Positions 28,803-40,102 of a DNA stretch of 64,000 nucleotides are shown in pieces; position 1 is the first letter of the stretch, and each line of letters starts with the position of its first letter. The position numbers and the translations under genes were made by a program. The stretch is taken from NCBI GenBank assembly GCA_017427405.1, contig JAFRSV010000010.1:2908-66907 (forward strand). The letters are read 5' to 3'. This DNA is from Alphaproteobacteria bacterium. Lineage in GTDB: Bacteria > Pseudomonadota > Alphaproteobacteria > Rs-D84. Under the pieces are notes generated by a model. It ran no database searches. It worked only from the letters and a program-made list of their open reading frames with translations, and was not told the origin of the DNA.

Positions 28803-31395
28803 TTGAAATCCTTATTATGCCATCCTTTACACCAACCTTGACCGACAACACATCCCACAGCATACCATGCCACGAAAGTTCTGGCGCATTGGTGTTTGAA
28901 GTAAGACCATATATATAAAGTTCATCACGCGCACGCGTCATCGCAACATAGAGCAACCGAAAGTTTTCTTCAATCATGGTGCGCGCTGCGCGTGATTTAA
29001 TTTCTTCAAATTCAGGACTGTATCCATCCGGTGCACACGCCGCCCAAAGCCAAACCGGCAAATCGTCAGTATTCGCCCTTAAATCATATAGCGCGACCTG
29101 GCGTGGCATAGATGTCGTATCTATTAAAAAAACAACCTTTGCCTGCAAACCCTTGCTGCCGTGAACGGTCACTATTCGCACACCGGTGCCGGCATCCATG
29201 TCGCGTTTAATCTCACTGGCCCCTGTTACGAACCATTTAATAAAATGTCGCAATGTTCCGGGGCGTGTTCTTTCATACGACAAACAAATTGTTATAAATT
29301 CTTCCAACGGATCAAGTATGTGTTCGCCCAATGCCGCAATAAATTTTTCGCGTATATTGTAATTGTTCAAAACATGGGTAAAAAATGTGTACGGCCCGGC
29401 CACGGCATAAAGGCGCATAAAATCTGTCAAAATTTCAAATATATCACTGTATGCATTTTGCAATAATTCAAAAATCGTAACTTCTGTGTCGCTTTTATTG
29501 CGTGCGATACATAATTCATAAATATCTTGTTCAGAAAGTCTGAATATCGGACTTTTTAGAACACAACACAAACTGTAATCGTCTTTTGTGTTCATACAAA
29601 AGCGCAACAGATTCATCAAATCTTTGATAACCGGGAATTCAGGTAAAACAATCCTGTCGCTGCCTGCGACGGGTATTCCGCGTTGTTTAAGTGCGAACAT
29701 CATCGGCATTGCCAAGGGCGCACGTTGCCGAACCAAAATCATAAAATCATTTGGTTTATATTTTTTTGTCTTTAAAAGCGTGGCAATTTTATCGGCGATA
29801 CCCGCAACATAATTTTTACGAACACGATCAGATGAAAGTTCGAAATTTCGTGCGGATACCAATTCATGAATTTCAACCGCGCCAGGCGCACCAACCCGAA
29901 AGCATTTGTGTGGATTATTTATAAAACCCGTGTCGTGCATAACCCTTGAGTCACCAAAGAACATATCAACCGTTTGTAATACCGGTTCGGTTGAACGAAA
30001 ACTTTGTGTAAGTGGAACCTCCATAATTTCGCGCGCACTGTTTTTTATATATGCCGAAATTTCTTGGCGACTTTTTATAAACGCATTTGCATCCGCGCCT
30101 TGGAACCCGTAAATAGATTGCTTTGTATCACCAACGACAAATAACGAGTGTGGCATTCCGCTTGTATCGCCTTCGGTAAAGAAATCCCCAGCCAACATTT
30201 GTAAAATATCCCACTGGGCGGGGCCCGTATCTTGCGCTTCGTCAACCAGGATATGCGATAGTGATAAGTCAAGTCCCGACAAAACCCATCCCATCGTTTC
30301 GGGGTTTGAAAACAAACGATGGGTATATAAAATCAAATCTTCAAAATCAAGGACGTTTTGGGCGCGTTTTAATTCCATGTATTTTTTTGCAAATGCCGCC
30401 GACAAATTAAACAGTGCAATCGAATCATAGTATATTTTTTCATTGATGTGCCGAACATTTAATTCAAAAACACGTTCTTTTTCTTGGGTCAAAAAAGAAT
30501 AGTTTAATCCAGACTTAATCGGTGTGCCTTCATTGGTCAGGTATGCCCGTTTGTATTTTTCAAAATCTATTTCAGAATTGATATATTGTTCAGTTAAATT
30601 TATTAGATTTTGAAGTTTAACACCGATTTTCTTTTCTGACCGGGCCGCGGTAATAATTTCTTTTAATTTTTCAACCGGGACATCGGCAAAATCGACACCA
30701 TCCCCAGGGATTAAATTTAGATTTTTTTTAATTGTATCAATGAAATAATTCCTATATTTAATAAAATCTGTTATCATAAAAAAGTTTTTGCATTGTTGTT
30801 CAAGATGTTTTAGCAAATCGTCGATTTTATGTTCCGATATTGTTCCAACCAGGTAATCAAACGCGTCCCCCGTGCGTTCATCCGTGCGCGATGAATTGAC
30901 AAGTTTATCAAGCGCGTCATGCAACAAAACCCTTTGTGGTGCATCGGACACAAGTGACCAGGATGGCGACAGTCCGGCTTCGGTCGGGAAACGGCGCAGA
31001 ATTTCTTCGCAAAACCCGTGTATGGTTTTTATTTTAAGCAAGTCCGGATTGTCGATATACCTATAAAACACCGCCCGTGCATGCGTCAAATCATCATTGG
31101 TTGGTGTTTTATTTTTTGAAACACCATCAAGTAATTCGCGTAATTCATCATCACTTGCCAACGCCCAATTTCGCAAGGCCTGTAAAATACGGTCACGCAT
31201 TTCACCCGCGCCGGCATTTGTGTATGTAAGACACAAAATCCCAGAATTTGGTGCATTATCGCGAAACAAAATTCGTAACAAGCGCGCGGTTAAAACACTG
31301 GTCTTGCCGGTACCGGCGTTTGCCTGGACCCAAACGTTGCGCGTTGGTTCGGCGGCAAATTCTTGTTCGGGCGAAAGGATATCTTTTTTTATCAT
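28789..31395 (-). CDS. addA: UvrD/AddA-family helicase lacking the C-terminal nuclease
   Basis: VWVQANAGTGKT, TIHGFC, LVDEAQDT, VGDTKQSIYGFQGA, TVHGSKGL, RLLYVAMTRARD. Confidence 0.85.
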   Translation of the reverse strand: MIKKDILSPEQEFAAEPTRNVWVQANAGTGKTSVLTARLLRILFRDNAPNSGILCLTYTNAGAGEMRDRILQALRNWALASDDELRELLDGVSKNKTPTNDDLTHARAVFYRYIDNPDLLKIKTIHGFCEEILRRFPTEAGLSPSWSLVSDAPQRVLLHDALDKLVNSSRTDERTGDAFDYLVGTISEHKIDDLLKHLEQQCKNFFMITDFIKYRNYFIDTIKKNLNLIPGDGVDFADVPVEKLKEIITAARSEKKIGVKLQNLINLTEQYINSEIDFEKYKRAYLTNEGTPIKSGLNYSFLTQEKERVFELNVRHINEKIYYDSIALFNLSAAFAKKYMELKRAQNVLDFEDLILYTHRLFSNPETMGWVLSGLDLSLSHILVDEAQDTGPAQWDILQMLAGDFFTEGDTSGMPHSLFVVGDTKQSIYGFQGADANAFIKSRQEISAYIKNSAREIMEVPLTQSFRSTEPVLQTVDMFFGDSRVMHDTGFINNPHKCFRVGAPGAVEIHELVSARNFELSSDRVRKNYVAGIADKIATLLKTKKYKPNDFMILVRQRAPLAMPMMFALKQRGIPVAGSDRIVLPEFPVIKDLMNLLRFCMNTKDDYSLCCVLKSPIFRLSEQDIYELCIARNKSDTEVTIFELLQNAYSDIFEILTDFMRLYAVAGPYTFFTHVLNNYNIREKFIAALGEHILDPLEEFITICLSYERTRPGTLRHFIKWFVTGASEIKRDMDAGTGVRIVTVHGSKGLQAKVVFLIDTTSMPRQVALYDLRANTDDLPVWLWAACAPDGYSPEFEEIKSRAARTMIEENFRLLYVAMTRARDELYIYGLTSNTNAPELSWHGMLWDVLSVKVGVKDGIIRISNEAN

Positions 31396-31473
31396 TTATG
31401 TTCTTGCTTTGTTGTATAAATTTTATTATAAATAGGACAAAACTGCAAGGAATAATAAATATCGGGGGAGAAA

Positions 31474-33402
31474 ATGAATTTAACGGGCGTTTTAATTATT
31501 GCTGGGGTGCTAATTGGTGCGGTGCTTGTTGGGGTGTTGATTGCGTTGTTTTTTATATCACGACGTTCACAACAGGTTATGCAGTCTTTGTTAAACATAA
31601 TGACCGCGCCGGATCGGGCACGTGTGGTTGATGCATCACGCGTTTTGCAAACAATCATGGCGGATGAAATTGCAAAAATATCCGAATGTTTTGCCGAAAT
31701 TCGTGATACATTAAAGTCACAAATTGGTGTTGCGGAAAAATTACGCGACGAACTTGCCACGCGCAATGAGGCTTTGGTTAATATCGCAAATGATGCGGTT
31801 ATGCGCGTTTCGCAAATGACCGATCGGGTTGATAATACGGTGGCCGGTTTACGCGGTGTCGTTGATTCCGATGCATGGGGCGATGTTGCAAATGCCACAG
31901 ACCGATTTGCCGCGACGATTGATGAAACACTTACAAAAATTACCGCGACAACCAAGGATTCATCCGACAAAATTGCGACGATTGATGAAAAAATTGCAAA
32001 ATGGACCGAAAACACAACAAATCTTGCGAACGAATTAAACGGCGCAATTGATACGACGACGGAAAAATTTCAACAAATGACAAATGAATCCGAAGGAATG
32101 AAAAATGAAATTTCCGAATTGGCCAAAAGTGCGGTCGAAGGTTTCGGAAATATCAAGACATCCGCCACAAATTATGAAGGCGTTATGAATAATAATAATA
32201 AGGTATTGAACACGTACCTTACGAAACTTGAAACATTTGATAGGCAAAGCAAAAAGCAATTGACCAGTCAGATGAACACCCTTACCAATACCGCAAATAT
32301 TGTCGGGGCCCAGGTTATGTTGACGGAATCTTCGGTGGAAAAACAATTACGAAAACTTACCGAAATTGTTGAAACGGTTATCAAAAGTGCAACCGAAACC
32401 GAAAGTTCTGTGCGTGGGATATCAAGTGAACTTTCCGGTCTTACCAATCATTTTGAAACAGAGATTAAAGAATTTGCGACCGATGTTGTTTCCGAATTGC
32501 AAACTGTGTCGGGTGTTGCAAACACGACACTAAAAGATACCAAGGCTGCGGCCGGTGCGTTTTCTGAATCGGTTAAATCCATGGCGACGGGGGTCCGTGA
32601 AACACTTATTGAAATGAACGCGGCGCACACACAATTGTCCGGTCAATCCGAAGGGCTTATTAAAATGTCGGTGGATACAACCGCCCAGTTAAAGCCACTA
32701 TCCGAACTTATTGAAAAATATTATGCCACCCTGCCCGCGTTGGCACAAAGTTCTGATGATGCGGGAATGCGCCTTGGGGCGATTGTTGCGGAATTAGATA
32801 AAAAGATTTCGGATATGCGTGATACGGTGGCGGGGGCAACGGAATCTGTTTCTGAATCTGCAACAAAACTTGATACACTTGCGGGACAATCACGTCAACA
32901 GATGATTGATTTAATGTCTGATTATGCCAAGGCGGTTGACACGATGCAGACACTCAACAAACAAATGGCGGTTGCACGTGCCGCCGCCCCGATGGAGGCA
33001 ATTAGTACCGCGACCAAGGGCAACCCCATGCCCCGCGCAAGTAGCCATGATTTTCTTGCCCAATCAACACGTGAATTTGATAAGATGTATGAACAGATGA
33101 TTGATTTAACCCGCGCGATGGGCAACGATATTCCAGATGTAGTTTGGAAAAAATATCACGATGGGGACAAGACGATTTTTGCAAAATGGATGGCCAAGGT
33201 TGTAAAAGCGGCAAACAAAAAACAAATTCGCGATTTGTTAAAGGCGGATTCCGTATTCCGTTCACAGGCCACACAATTCGTGCGTGCATTCGACCGCATC
33301 ATCACCGCGGCAAAGCAAACAGATACGGCGGACAAACTGACCGCCGCACTGTTGAAAACCGATTTAGGAATTATATATTCCGCCCTTTCGGCCCAGGTTT
33401 AA
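31474..33402 (+). CDS. Membrane-anchored coiled-coil protein, TipN/GPR-like polar factor
   Basis: TM helix, long apolipoprotein-like helical region, C-terminal WKKYHDGD...LLKTDLGIIYSAL domain. Confidence 0.55.
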   Translation: MNLTGVLIIAGVLIGAVLVGVLIALFFISRRSQQVMQSLLNIMTAPDRARVVDASRVLQTIMADEIAKISECFAEIRDTLKSQIGVAEKLRDELATRNEALVNIANDAVMRVSQMTDRVDNTVAGLRGVVDSDAWGDVANATDRFAATIDETLTKITATTKDSSDKIATIDEKIAKWTENTTNLANELNGAIDTTTEKFQQMTNESEGMKNEISELAKSAVEGFGNIKTSATNYEGVMNNNNKVLNTYLTKLETFDRQSKKQLTSQMNTLTNTANIVGAQVMLTESSVEKQLRKLTEIVETVIKSATETESSVRGISSELSGLTNHFETEIKEFATDVVSELQTVSGVANTTLKDTKAAAGAFSESVKSMATGVRETLIEMNAAHTQLSGQSEGLIKMSVDTTAQLKPLSELIEKYYATLPALAQSSDDAGMRLGAIVAELDKKISDMRDTVAGATESVSESATKLDTLAGQSRQQMIDLMSDYAKAVDTMQTLNKQMAVARAAAPMEAISTATKGNPMPRASSHDFLAQSTREFDKMYEQMIDLTRAMGNDIPDVVWKKYHDGDKTIFAKWMAKVVKAANKKQIRDLLKADSVFRSQATQFVRAFDRIITAAKQTDTADKLTAALLKTDLGIIYSALSAQV

Positions 33403-33404
33403 CA

Positions 33405-34055
33405 CTATCCGTGACGCTGTTGCGTTTCGTGTTCCTTTTGATGCATAAGTTTCATAAGCTCATAATCTGAATATAGTGCCCCAATATATCGAACCAGGTC
33501 TGGGTCATAATTGTTGCAACGTGGTTGTAATATAAAATCAGGTTTGTGTCCCAACGATTTAAAAATATCAAAAATATTGCATGTATTTTGTGTGCGAACC
33601 CTTTCATCATCCGGCATATTTGCACGTTTTTTAATGATATCGTCGTCAACAGGTGGGACAAACCAGGCGGTTTTAATATTATAATCAGATGCGAACTTTT
33701 GGGCATTAATCCAATCTATCATTTGTTGTGCATAACGCGGTTCAATAACATCATAAATCAAATTTTCGCCAATATGATTGAGAATTTCAAATTCCGGGAC
33801 ACCGTATAACCATTTAGGTTTACCGGATTCAGGTGTCCATAAATATTGATTGACCCAAAGTTTTGTTACCAATTTTTCGGAATTAAATTTAGTTTCATCC
33901 ACAAAAAAATATTTTTCACCTTCTTTCTCTTCTTTGCGTTTTGTGCGCGTTGTATATGAACGCAGATTATAAAACAAACCATCGGGTAAATTATTAATCC
34001 ATGTTGTTTTACCAGAACCAGATTCGCCAATACAGCAAAGTAATGATCTTTTCAT
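33405..34055 (-). CDS. Guanylate kinase-like P-loop protein
   Basis: GESGSGKTT, SYTTRTKRKEEKEGEKYFFV, YGVP. Confidence 0.7.
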   Translation of the reverse strand: MKRSLLCCIGESGSGKTTWINNLPDGLFYNLRSYTTRTKRKEEKEGEKYFFVDETKFNSEKLVTKLWVNQYLWTPESGKPKWLYGVPEFEILNHIGENLIYDVIEPRYAQQMIDWINAQKFASDYNIKTAWFVPPVDDDIIKKRANMPDDERVRTQNTCNIFDIFKSLGHKPDFILQPRCNNYDPDLVRYIGALYSDYELMKLMHQKEHETQQRHG

Positions 34056-34105
34056 GTTTTTCTCCTTTGGTTAAAATAATGGTCACCAAAAGGTGACCGT
34101 GGTTA

Positions 34106-36187
34106 TCAATCTTCCAAAAAGCTGCGTAGTTTGCGCGCCCGCGTTGGATGCTTTAACTTATTTAGTGCCTTTTGTTCAATCTGTCTTATACGTTCGCGCG
34201 TGACCCCGATATATTCGCCAACTTCTTCCAAGGTGCTGGTTTTATTCGTACTCATCCCGAAACGTTGACGCAGGACGGTTTCTTCCTTGGGGTCTAATTC
34301 AGACAAAATCTGTGTCACAATTTTACGCAGATTCTTTTGCGCCGCCGATGTAAATGGGTTTTTCGCCGTTTCGTCTGCGATGATTTCCATACGCGAACTA
34401 TCGTCTTCGGTACCGACGGGGGCCTCCAAAGAAATTGGACGAACATTGACCTTCATTGCCTTGTGAATTTTGTCCACCGGCAAATATATTATTTTTGACA
34501 ATTCTTCGGCGGTTGGCTGACGACCGTATTTATGCATAAATTGGCGCGATGCGCGTTGAATTTTGTGTATATTATCAATCATATGCACCGGGATACGAAT
34601 TGTGCGTGCCTGGTCCGCGATGCTGCGCAATATCGCCTGTTGAATCCAGTTGGTGGCATAGGTTGAAAATTTATTACCCAAACGATAATCGAATTTATCA
34701 ACCGCCTTCATAAGTCCGATATTACCATCCTGAACCAAATCAGAAAAATCAAGTCCCAGGCCCCTATTACTGCTTTTTTTCGCAAATTTTATAACAAGAC
34801 GCAAATTCGCCTCTATCATTTCGCGCTTTGCACGTGCGGCCTCGGTCTGGCCACGACGAACAAGTTCAACAACCTTTTTATATTCGGCGGTTGGTTGCCC
34901 TGTTTCGTTGGCGATTGCGGTTATTTCAGATTGAATTTTTAATATATCGTCACCATGCTTTTTCGCAAAATTTACCCAATTTTGGTTTTTATGTTTTAAC
35001 AGTTTTTTTACCCAATTGCGATTCAATTCGTTGCCAATATATTCGGCCAAGAAATCTTCGCGTTTAATTTTATTTGCAAGTGCAAGACGCAACAGTTTCC
35101 CTTCGAGCCCCATAAGCAATTGGTCACGTTCGGTAAGACGGTCCATAATTTCCGCAATACGGTCATCGTTCATACGAATTTTGCTAACGCTTTCAAAAAG
35201 TGTAAGGCGCATTTTATTGTATTTTGCTTCTAATTCTTCGTCCGGTTTCGATGAAGTCAGCAATTTTTCCATACGCATCGCCTGCAATTTTTGCATACTG
35301 TTAAATGTGCGTTTTATTTTGGCAAACAATTCGGTAATGGTCGGCATCAAAGATTCTTCCATAACCGGGATTGGAACGCCGGATGTGCTGCGCGGGCCAT
35401 CATCGTGTTTTATTTCTTCGTCATCTTCGTCTTCTTCACTCTCGTCATCCATATCATCTTCAACGGATGGTTCGGTTAAATCTTCAAAATCTTCATCCGA
35501 AAGGTCGTCAACCTGATCTACGCCCTTGGACTTTAATGTTTCGGAAAGCGCCGCCACCGATTTTTGTTCGGCTTCATTGGAATACATCGCTTCTAGGTTT
35601 ATTATATAGCGCAAACGAACTTCTTCGTTCAACAACTGTTGATACCAATCAAGCATCGCCTGAATTGTCATTGGGCTTTCGCAAAGACCATAAATCATTA
35701 GACGGGATGCGGCCTCTATACGCTGGGCAATTGCAACCTCGCCCGCGGCGGTTAGTAATTGAACCGTGCCGATTTGTTTCAAATATGATTGAACAGAATC
35801 TTGGACACCCAAGACAAGTGTGCCGGTTTGACTGCGCTCTAACTGCTTGGCATAATGTTCGTAATCTTCGTCATTGTCCACTTGTTCCGCATCAGCATTC
35901 AACAAATTCCGATATTTTTCCGCATTTTCATCGGAATCGTCATCATAATACCGTTCAAGGTCTTTTTGATAATTGTCGGTCTCTAAAACCTCTAGCCCCA
36001 AGTCCTGTTTAAAGAAATCAAGGACCTCTTGGTGTTCTTCTTCGGGAATTTCATCAGAACCACAGGCGGCATTAAAATCCATTTGCGACAAATACCCATG
36101 TTCCATCGAAGAAACCGCAAGTTTTTGCAAATTTTCCGGTAATGAATCAACCAATAACCTTGTTGCATCATCAAGTTTTTTGGACAT
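34106..36187 (-). CDS. rpoD: RNA polymerase primary sigma factor RpoD
   Basis: Regions 1.1, 1.2, non-conserved region, [25 protein letters not shown]...[10 protein letters not shown]. Confidence 0.95.
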   Translation of the reverse strand: MSKKLDDATRLLVDSLPENLQKLAVSSMEHGYLSQMDFNAACGSDEIPEEEHQEVLDFFKQDLGLEVLETDNYQKDLERYYDDDSDENAEKYRNLLNADAEQVDNDEDYEHYAKQLERSQTGTLVLGVQDSVQSYLKQIGTVQLLTAAGEVAIAQRIEAASRLMIYGLCESPMTIQAMLDWYQQLLNEEVRLRYIINLEAMYSNEAEQKSVAALSETLKSKGVDQVDDLSDEDFEDLTEPSVEDDMDDESEEDEDDEEIKHDDGPRSTSGVPIPVMEESLMPTITELFAKIKRTFNSMQKLQAMRMEKLLTSSKPDEELEAKYNKMRLTLFESVSKIRMNDDRIAEIMDRLTERDQLLMGLEGKLLRLALANKIKREDFLAEYIGNELNRNWVKKLLKHKNQNWVNFAKKHGDDILKIQSEITAIANETGQPTAEYKKVVELVRRGQTEAARAKREMIEANLRLVIKFAKKSSNRGLGLDFSDLVQDGNIGLMKAVDKFDYRLGNKFSTYATNWIQQAILRSIADQARTIRIPVHMIDNIHKIQRASRQFMHKYGRQPTAEELSKIIYLPVDKIHKAMKVNVRPISLEAPVGTEDDSSRMEIIADETAKNPFTSAAQKNLRKIVTQILSELDPKEETVLRQRFGMSTNKTSTLEEVGEYIGVTRERIRQIEQKALNKLKHPTRARKLRSFLED

Positions 36188-36211
36188 AAAAAACCCTTAT
36201 GATTTTTTAAT

Positions 36212-36766
36212 TTATTTCTTTTTCTTGGTTTTTGTGGCTTTCGCGCTTTCCTTGGTCGCCTTGGTAATTGCATCATGCAACGCAGATTCCGACACCAATC
36301 CCAAAACAATCGGGCTTTGGATCTGAATTTCTGTATAACTTTTATGCGTTTTGTTACGGACGGATGCGACCGTGTTGTTCGTGCTGCGCATAAGTCTTGC
36401 AATTTGTCCATCGGTCAATTCAGGGCAATTTTTCAAAATCCACAAAATTCCCCCAAGACGGTTTTGGCGCAAAATCTTTGGCGTATAACCAATTCCCTTT
36501 TTGTTTTGGGCATTTTGCGCACGAACGATGCTTTCTTGGAGTGTAAGACGCGCCGTCGGGTCAGATTCGCAAAGTGCAATATCTTCGCGTGTGACCTGGC
36601 CATTTAAAATGGGATTCAGACCCTGAATCCTTTGGGTTTCGGCATCGGCGATATTTTTAACCTCTAATTCATGCAGGCCGCAAAAATCGGCAATCTGTTC
36701 AAAGGTCAGCGCAGTGTTTTCAATCAGCCACAACGCAGTGGATTTTGGCATATACGGGTAATTCAT
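36212..36766 (-). CDS. trcR: DUF1013 family transcription regulator (TrcR-like)
   Basis: PYMPKSTALWLIENTALTFEQIADFCGLHELEV. Confidence 0.85.
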   Translation of the reverse strand: MNYPYMPKSTALWLIENTALTFEQIADFCGLHELEVKNIADAETQRIQGLNPILNGQVTREDIALCESDPTARLTLQESIVRAQNAQNKKGIGYTPKILRQNRLGGILWILKNCPELTDGQIARLMRSTNNTVASVRNKTHKSYTEIQIQSPIVLGLVSESALHDAITKATKESAKATKTKKKK

Positions 36767-36843
36767 AAGGTATCCTCTTTGTATTCTATGTCTAAATATA
36801 GCACAACCAGCACCATATTCAAGCGGTTTTTTGTAAAAAATTT

Positions 36844-38262
36844 TTAGAGTTTTTTAACAAGTTTGAACCCACCCGGGGTGTCAGTGATCGTCCACCCCGC
36901 TGAATCAATCTTGGCCCGTAATTCATCGGCGCGCGCAAAATCGCGTTCTTGTTTCGCAACCATGCGTTGTTCAGCCAGTGTTTGAATTTCATCAGGCGCG
37001 GTTTCAGATTCCGCATCGTGCAACTTTTGTGCACGGTCACGTAATTGCAAACCAAGCAAATCGTCAATAAAATCAACCAGTGCCAATTTTGTTGCGGCGT
37101 TTACAGTTTGAGATTTTAATAAATCTTGGACCACAACCAATGTTTCAGATGTTTTAAGATTATCTGAAATCGGGGTCAAAATTTTATCATGCCATTCGTT
37201 ATATAAATCTTGATTTACGGCTTCTTGTCCCAAACCGGCCATCAAATCGGCGATTTTTCGGACCATATTCTTATATCCCGCCGCCGCCGCATCCAAAGAT
37301 TCAAATGAAAATTCCATTGGTTGGCGATAATGCCCTTGCAATAGCAAAAATCTGAACGCCATTGGGTCATAACCTTTGTCAATAAGGCCACGGACAGTAA
37401 AGAACGAACCCGAAGATTTCGCCATTTTCCCGTCACGCAACATCAGCCACGCCCAATGCACCCAATAATGCACCCAAGGTGCGCCAACGATTGGTTCTGA
37501 TTGGGCTATTTCATTGGTATGATGAACCTTGATATGTTCTTGGCCACCACTATGAATATCAAAATGGTCACCAAGGTATTTCATACTCATTGCACTGCAT
37601 TCCAAGTGCCACCCGGGGAAACCGACACCCCATGGACTATCCCATTCCATTTGACGCTTTGTGTCCGTTGGTGAAAACTTCCACAAAGCAAAGTCAGTAA
37701 TGTTTCGTTTGTTATTATTTTCTATACGCGCACCCCCACGCAATTCTGACAGGTTTTGTCCGCCCAGTTTGCCGTAATCTGGCAATTTTGATGTGTCATA
37801 ATAAATTCCGTCACCGGGTATTTCATAGGTAAAACCAAGTTTTTCAAGTTTCTGAATAAGTTCTATTTGTTCTTTGATATGGTCGGTGGCCCGCGGTGTA
37901 TGGGTCGGTGGAATAATATTTAACAAATTCATATCGTTCACGCAACTTTTTATATATTTGTTTGCAACATCCCAAACAGACATGTTTTCACGCGTCGCAC
38001 CTTTCTCCATTTTATCTTCACCAGTATCTTCGTCACTTGTTAAATGGCCGACATCGGTAAAGTTCATTACATGATTCACCGTATAACCATTGGCCAAAAA
38101 CATGCGTTTCATCATATCGCTATTGAAAAAGGTTCGCATATTTCCAAGGTGTTGATCCCAATAAACGGTTGGACCGCAATTGTATATTCCAACATGGTTG
38201 GGGGTAATCGGCACAAAATCTTCAACTTTGCGTGTCATTGTGTTGTATAATCTTATTTGCAT
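36844..38262 (-). CDS. cysS: Cysteine--tRNA ligase
   Basis: [41 protein letters not shown]. Confidence 0.97.
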   Translation of the reverse strand: MQIRLYNTMTRKVEDFVPITPNHVGIYNCGPTVYWDQHLGNMRTFFNSDMMKRMFLANGYTVNHVMNFTDVGHLTSDEDTGEDKMEKGATRENMSVWDVANKYIKSCVNDMNLLNIIPPTHTPRATDHIKEQIELIQKLEKLGFTYEIPGDGIYYDTSKLPDYGKLGGQNLSELRGGARIENNNKRNITDFALWKFSPTDTKRQMEWDSPWGVGFPGWHLECSAMSMKYLGDHFDIHSGGQEHIKVHHTNEIAQSEPIVGAPWVHYWVHWAWLMLRDGKMAKSSGSFFTVRGLIDKGYDPMAFRFLLLQGHYRQPMEFSFESLDAAAAGYKNMVRKIADLMAGLGQEAVNQDLYNEWHDKILTPISDNLKTSETLVVVQDLLKSQTVNAATKLALVDFIDDLLGLQLRDRAQKLHDAESETAPDEIQTLAEQRMVAKQERDFARADELRAKIDSAGWTITDTPGGFKLVKKL

Positions 38263-38423
38263 AGTAAAATCCTTATATTTTCGTGCTGGTTATAATAACA
38301 GATAATATAAAAATACGCAAACAATATGTTTGCAGGAAAACATATTTAACAACAACAATAAAAATTTATAAAAGGAACTGTCATAACGGTTGCATTGTTT
38401 CATATTTGATAATGTATGTCAAA

Positions 38424-39344
38424 TTAATTTTCCGCATCATCCGAAAGCGGATGGCACTTTTCATATATATTCATAATTTCGGACATATTTACCTTGGTAT
38501 AAAGTTGCGTTGTGGAAAGTGATGAATGCCCCAATAATTCTTGTAAACTGCGCAAATCTGCGCCATCGGAAAGCAATGCCGTTGCAAAAGTGTGACGCAA
38601 CGCGTGTGGCGTGACATAATCCGGCAATTGTAAAAACGCACGCACTTTTTCAATAACCTTTTCCGCCATGCGTGCCGACATGGCCAGGCCGCGCACACTG
38701 CGGAACAATGGGTCGGTTGGCGCGTTTCCAAATGGGCGGGCGGCGATATATTTTTCAATCGCGCGATGAACGGCGGGCAGAACCGGGACAATTCGTTCCT
38801 TGGACCCCTTGCCCACAATACGCAATGTGCTTGGTGCGCCAGCAATATCGCTGTTTTTTAGCGATAATGCCTCTGATATACGGAGGCCGCAACCGAACAG
38901 TAATGTCACCAATGCCCAATCGCGGGCGGCAATCCATGGTTCGTTTTCATCGATTGCGTTTATCGCGCCATGCATATCGTCAACGTCCGACGGTTCAATC
39001 GCCTTGGATAATTTCTTGGGGATTTTGGGCGAAGATATTAAATCAATCGCTTCGTTTTTTATGCCGTGATATTTGGCAATATACTTAAATAATCCGCGCA
39101 CCGATGACAACGCCCGCGCCGTCGATTTGAACGAAAGTTCGCGCCGTTGCCGATCGGCAAGCCACGAACGAAACGCGATTGTATCAATTTTCGCAGCATC
39201 CACCACGGTCGGCGTGCCCCCCGAAAAACGCGTCATAAATTCCATAAAATCCGCAATATCCGTCCGATACGCAATCGCCGTGTGCGCCGAATAGTTCTTT
39301 GTCGCGGTCAGGTATTCGATAAATTCGTCGATTATATCCTGCAT
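38424..39344 (-). CDS. xerC: Tyrosine recombinase XerC
   Basis: GCGLRISEAL, GKGSKERIVP, TPHALRHTFAT, LQELLGHSSLSTTQLYT. Confidence 0.85.
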   Translation of the reverse strand: MQDIIDEFIEYLTATKNYSAHTAIAYRTDIADFMEFMTRFSGGTPTVVDAAKIDTIAFRSWLADRQRRELSFKSTARALSSVRGLFKYIAKYHGIKNEAIDLISSPKIPKKLSKAIEPSDVDDMHGAINAIDENEPWIAARDWALVTLLFGCGLRISEALSLKNSDIAGAPSTLRIVGKGSKERIVPVLPAVHRAIEKYIAARPFGNAPTDPLFRSVRGLAMSARMAEKVIEKVRAFLQLPDYVTPHALRHTFATALLSDGADLRSLQELLGHSSLSTTQLYTKVNMSEIMNIYEKCHPLSDDAEN

Positions 39345-39345
39345 A

Positions 39346-40077
39346 TTATTTTATTTCAAAGATTGCGGAAACGCGGACGGAAACATCGGTGTCCTTGCCC
39401 GTTATTGCGCCACCGGCATACCCCGAGCCAGTGTCCATAACAGCCATTTCCGCCTTGGCCAACCTAAAGTTTGCAGTTGGTGCGGTATATGTGCCACCGT
39501 TTGAATATGACACAGCAAGTAATTTACCCGCCCGACGCCCGACACCGGCGGCAAGGCCGTTTGCACGATCGCGCGCGTTTTCAACCGCCGTCCCCAGGCA
39601 TGATTCCAAAACCGGCTTCATCGTTTCGGCGGAAGTAAATATGCGCAGGTTCGTCACGAAAACATCTTCGGCACCCGCGAATTTGTTCAGGACTTTTTCA
39701 ATCGTGTCAATATCACTTGCTGACACGTCCAGTGCGATTGTCGTTTCAATTCCAACGAATTCTGATTTTTGCTTCGTGTGATTCCATTCGGATTTTTCGT
39801 ATGAATTAAATTCACTGGTTTGCACCTTGACGTCCAGTGTTTTTAGAAACGCGTTCATTTCAGCAACCTTGGACGATGCGATTTTCATGGATTTCGCCGC
39901 AGATTTATCCGTCACACTTATGCGCAATGTTATCGCCGTCCTATCCTTTGGCACACTTGTCAGGCATTCGCCGTCAACACTAATTGTTCGGGGTTCCGCA
40001 AAACGGTCAATTGCAACCCAGCCCAACACCAACACGCACACGGCCGCAACCGCGCACCCAAGTAATTTATTATTCAT
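39346..40077 (-). CDS. SIMPL/DUF541 domain protein
   Basis: Signal anchor; RTISVDGE, AVENARDRA, VSVRVSAIFEI. Confidence 0.8.
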   Translation of the reverse strand: MNNKLLGCAVAAVCVLVLGWVAIDRFAEPRTISVDGECLTSVPKDRTAITLRISVTDKSAAKSMKIASSKVAEMNAFLKTLDVKVQTSEFNSYEKSEWNHTKQKSEFVGIETTIALDVSASDIDTIEKVLNKFAGAEDVFVTNLRIFTSAETMKPVLESCLGTAVENARDRANGLAAGVGRRAGKLLAVSYSNGGTYTAPTANFRLAKAEMAVMDTGSGYAGGAITGKDTDVSVRVSAIFEIK

Positions 40078-40102
40078 TTTCTTTTCTCCTTTCTTTTTCA
40101 TT

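Noticed and set aside
38396-38425. dif-like site next to xerC (ttgtttcatat-ttgataat-gtatgtcaaat)
   Set aside because: Only the right arm resembles TTATGTTAAAT; the spacer would be 8 bp and the left arm is poor.
38424-39344. Tyrosine recombinase as a prophage or island integrase
   Set aside because: 306-aa XerC-like sequence in an operon with trpS and SIMPL; no att repeats or cargo.
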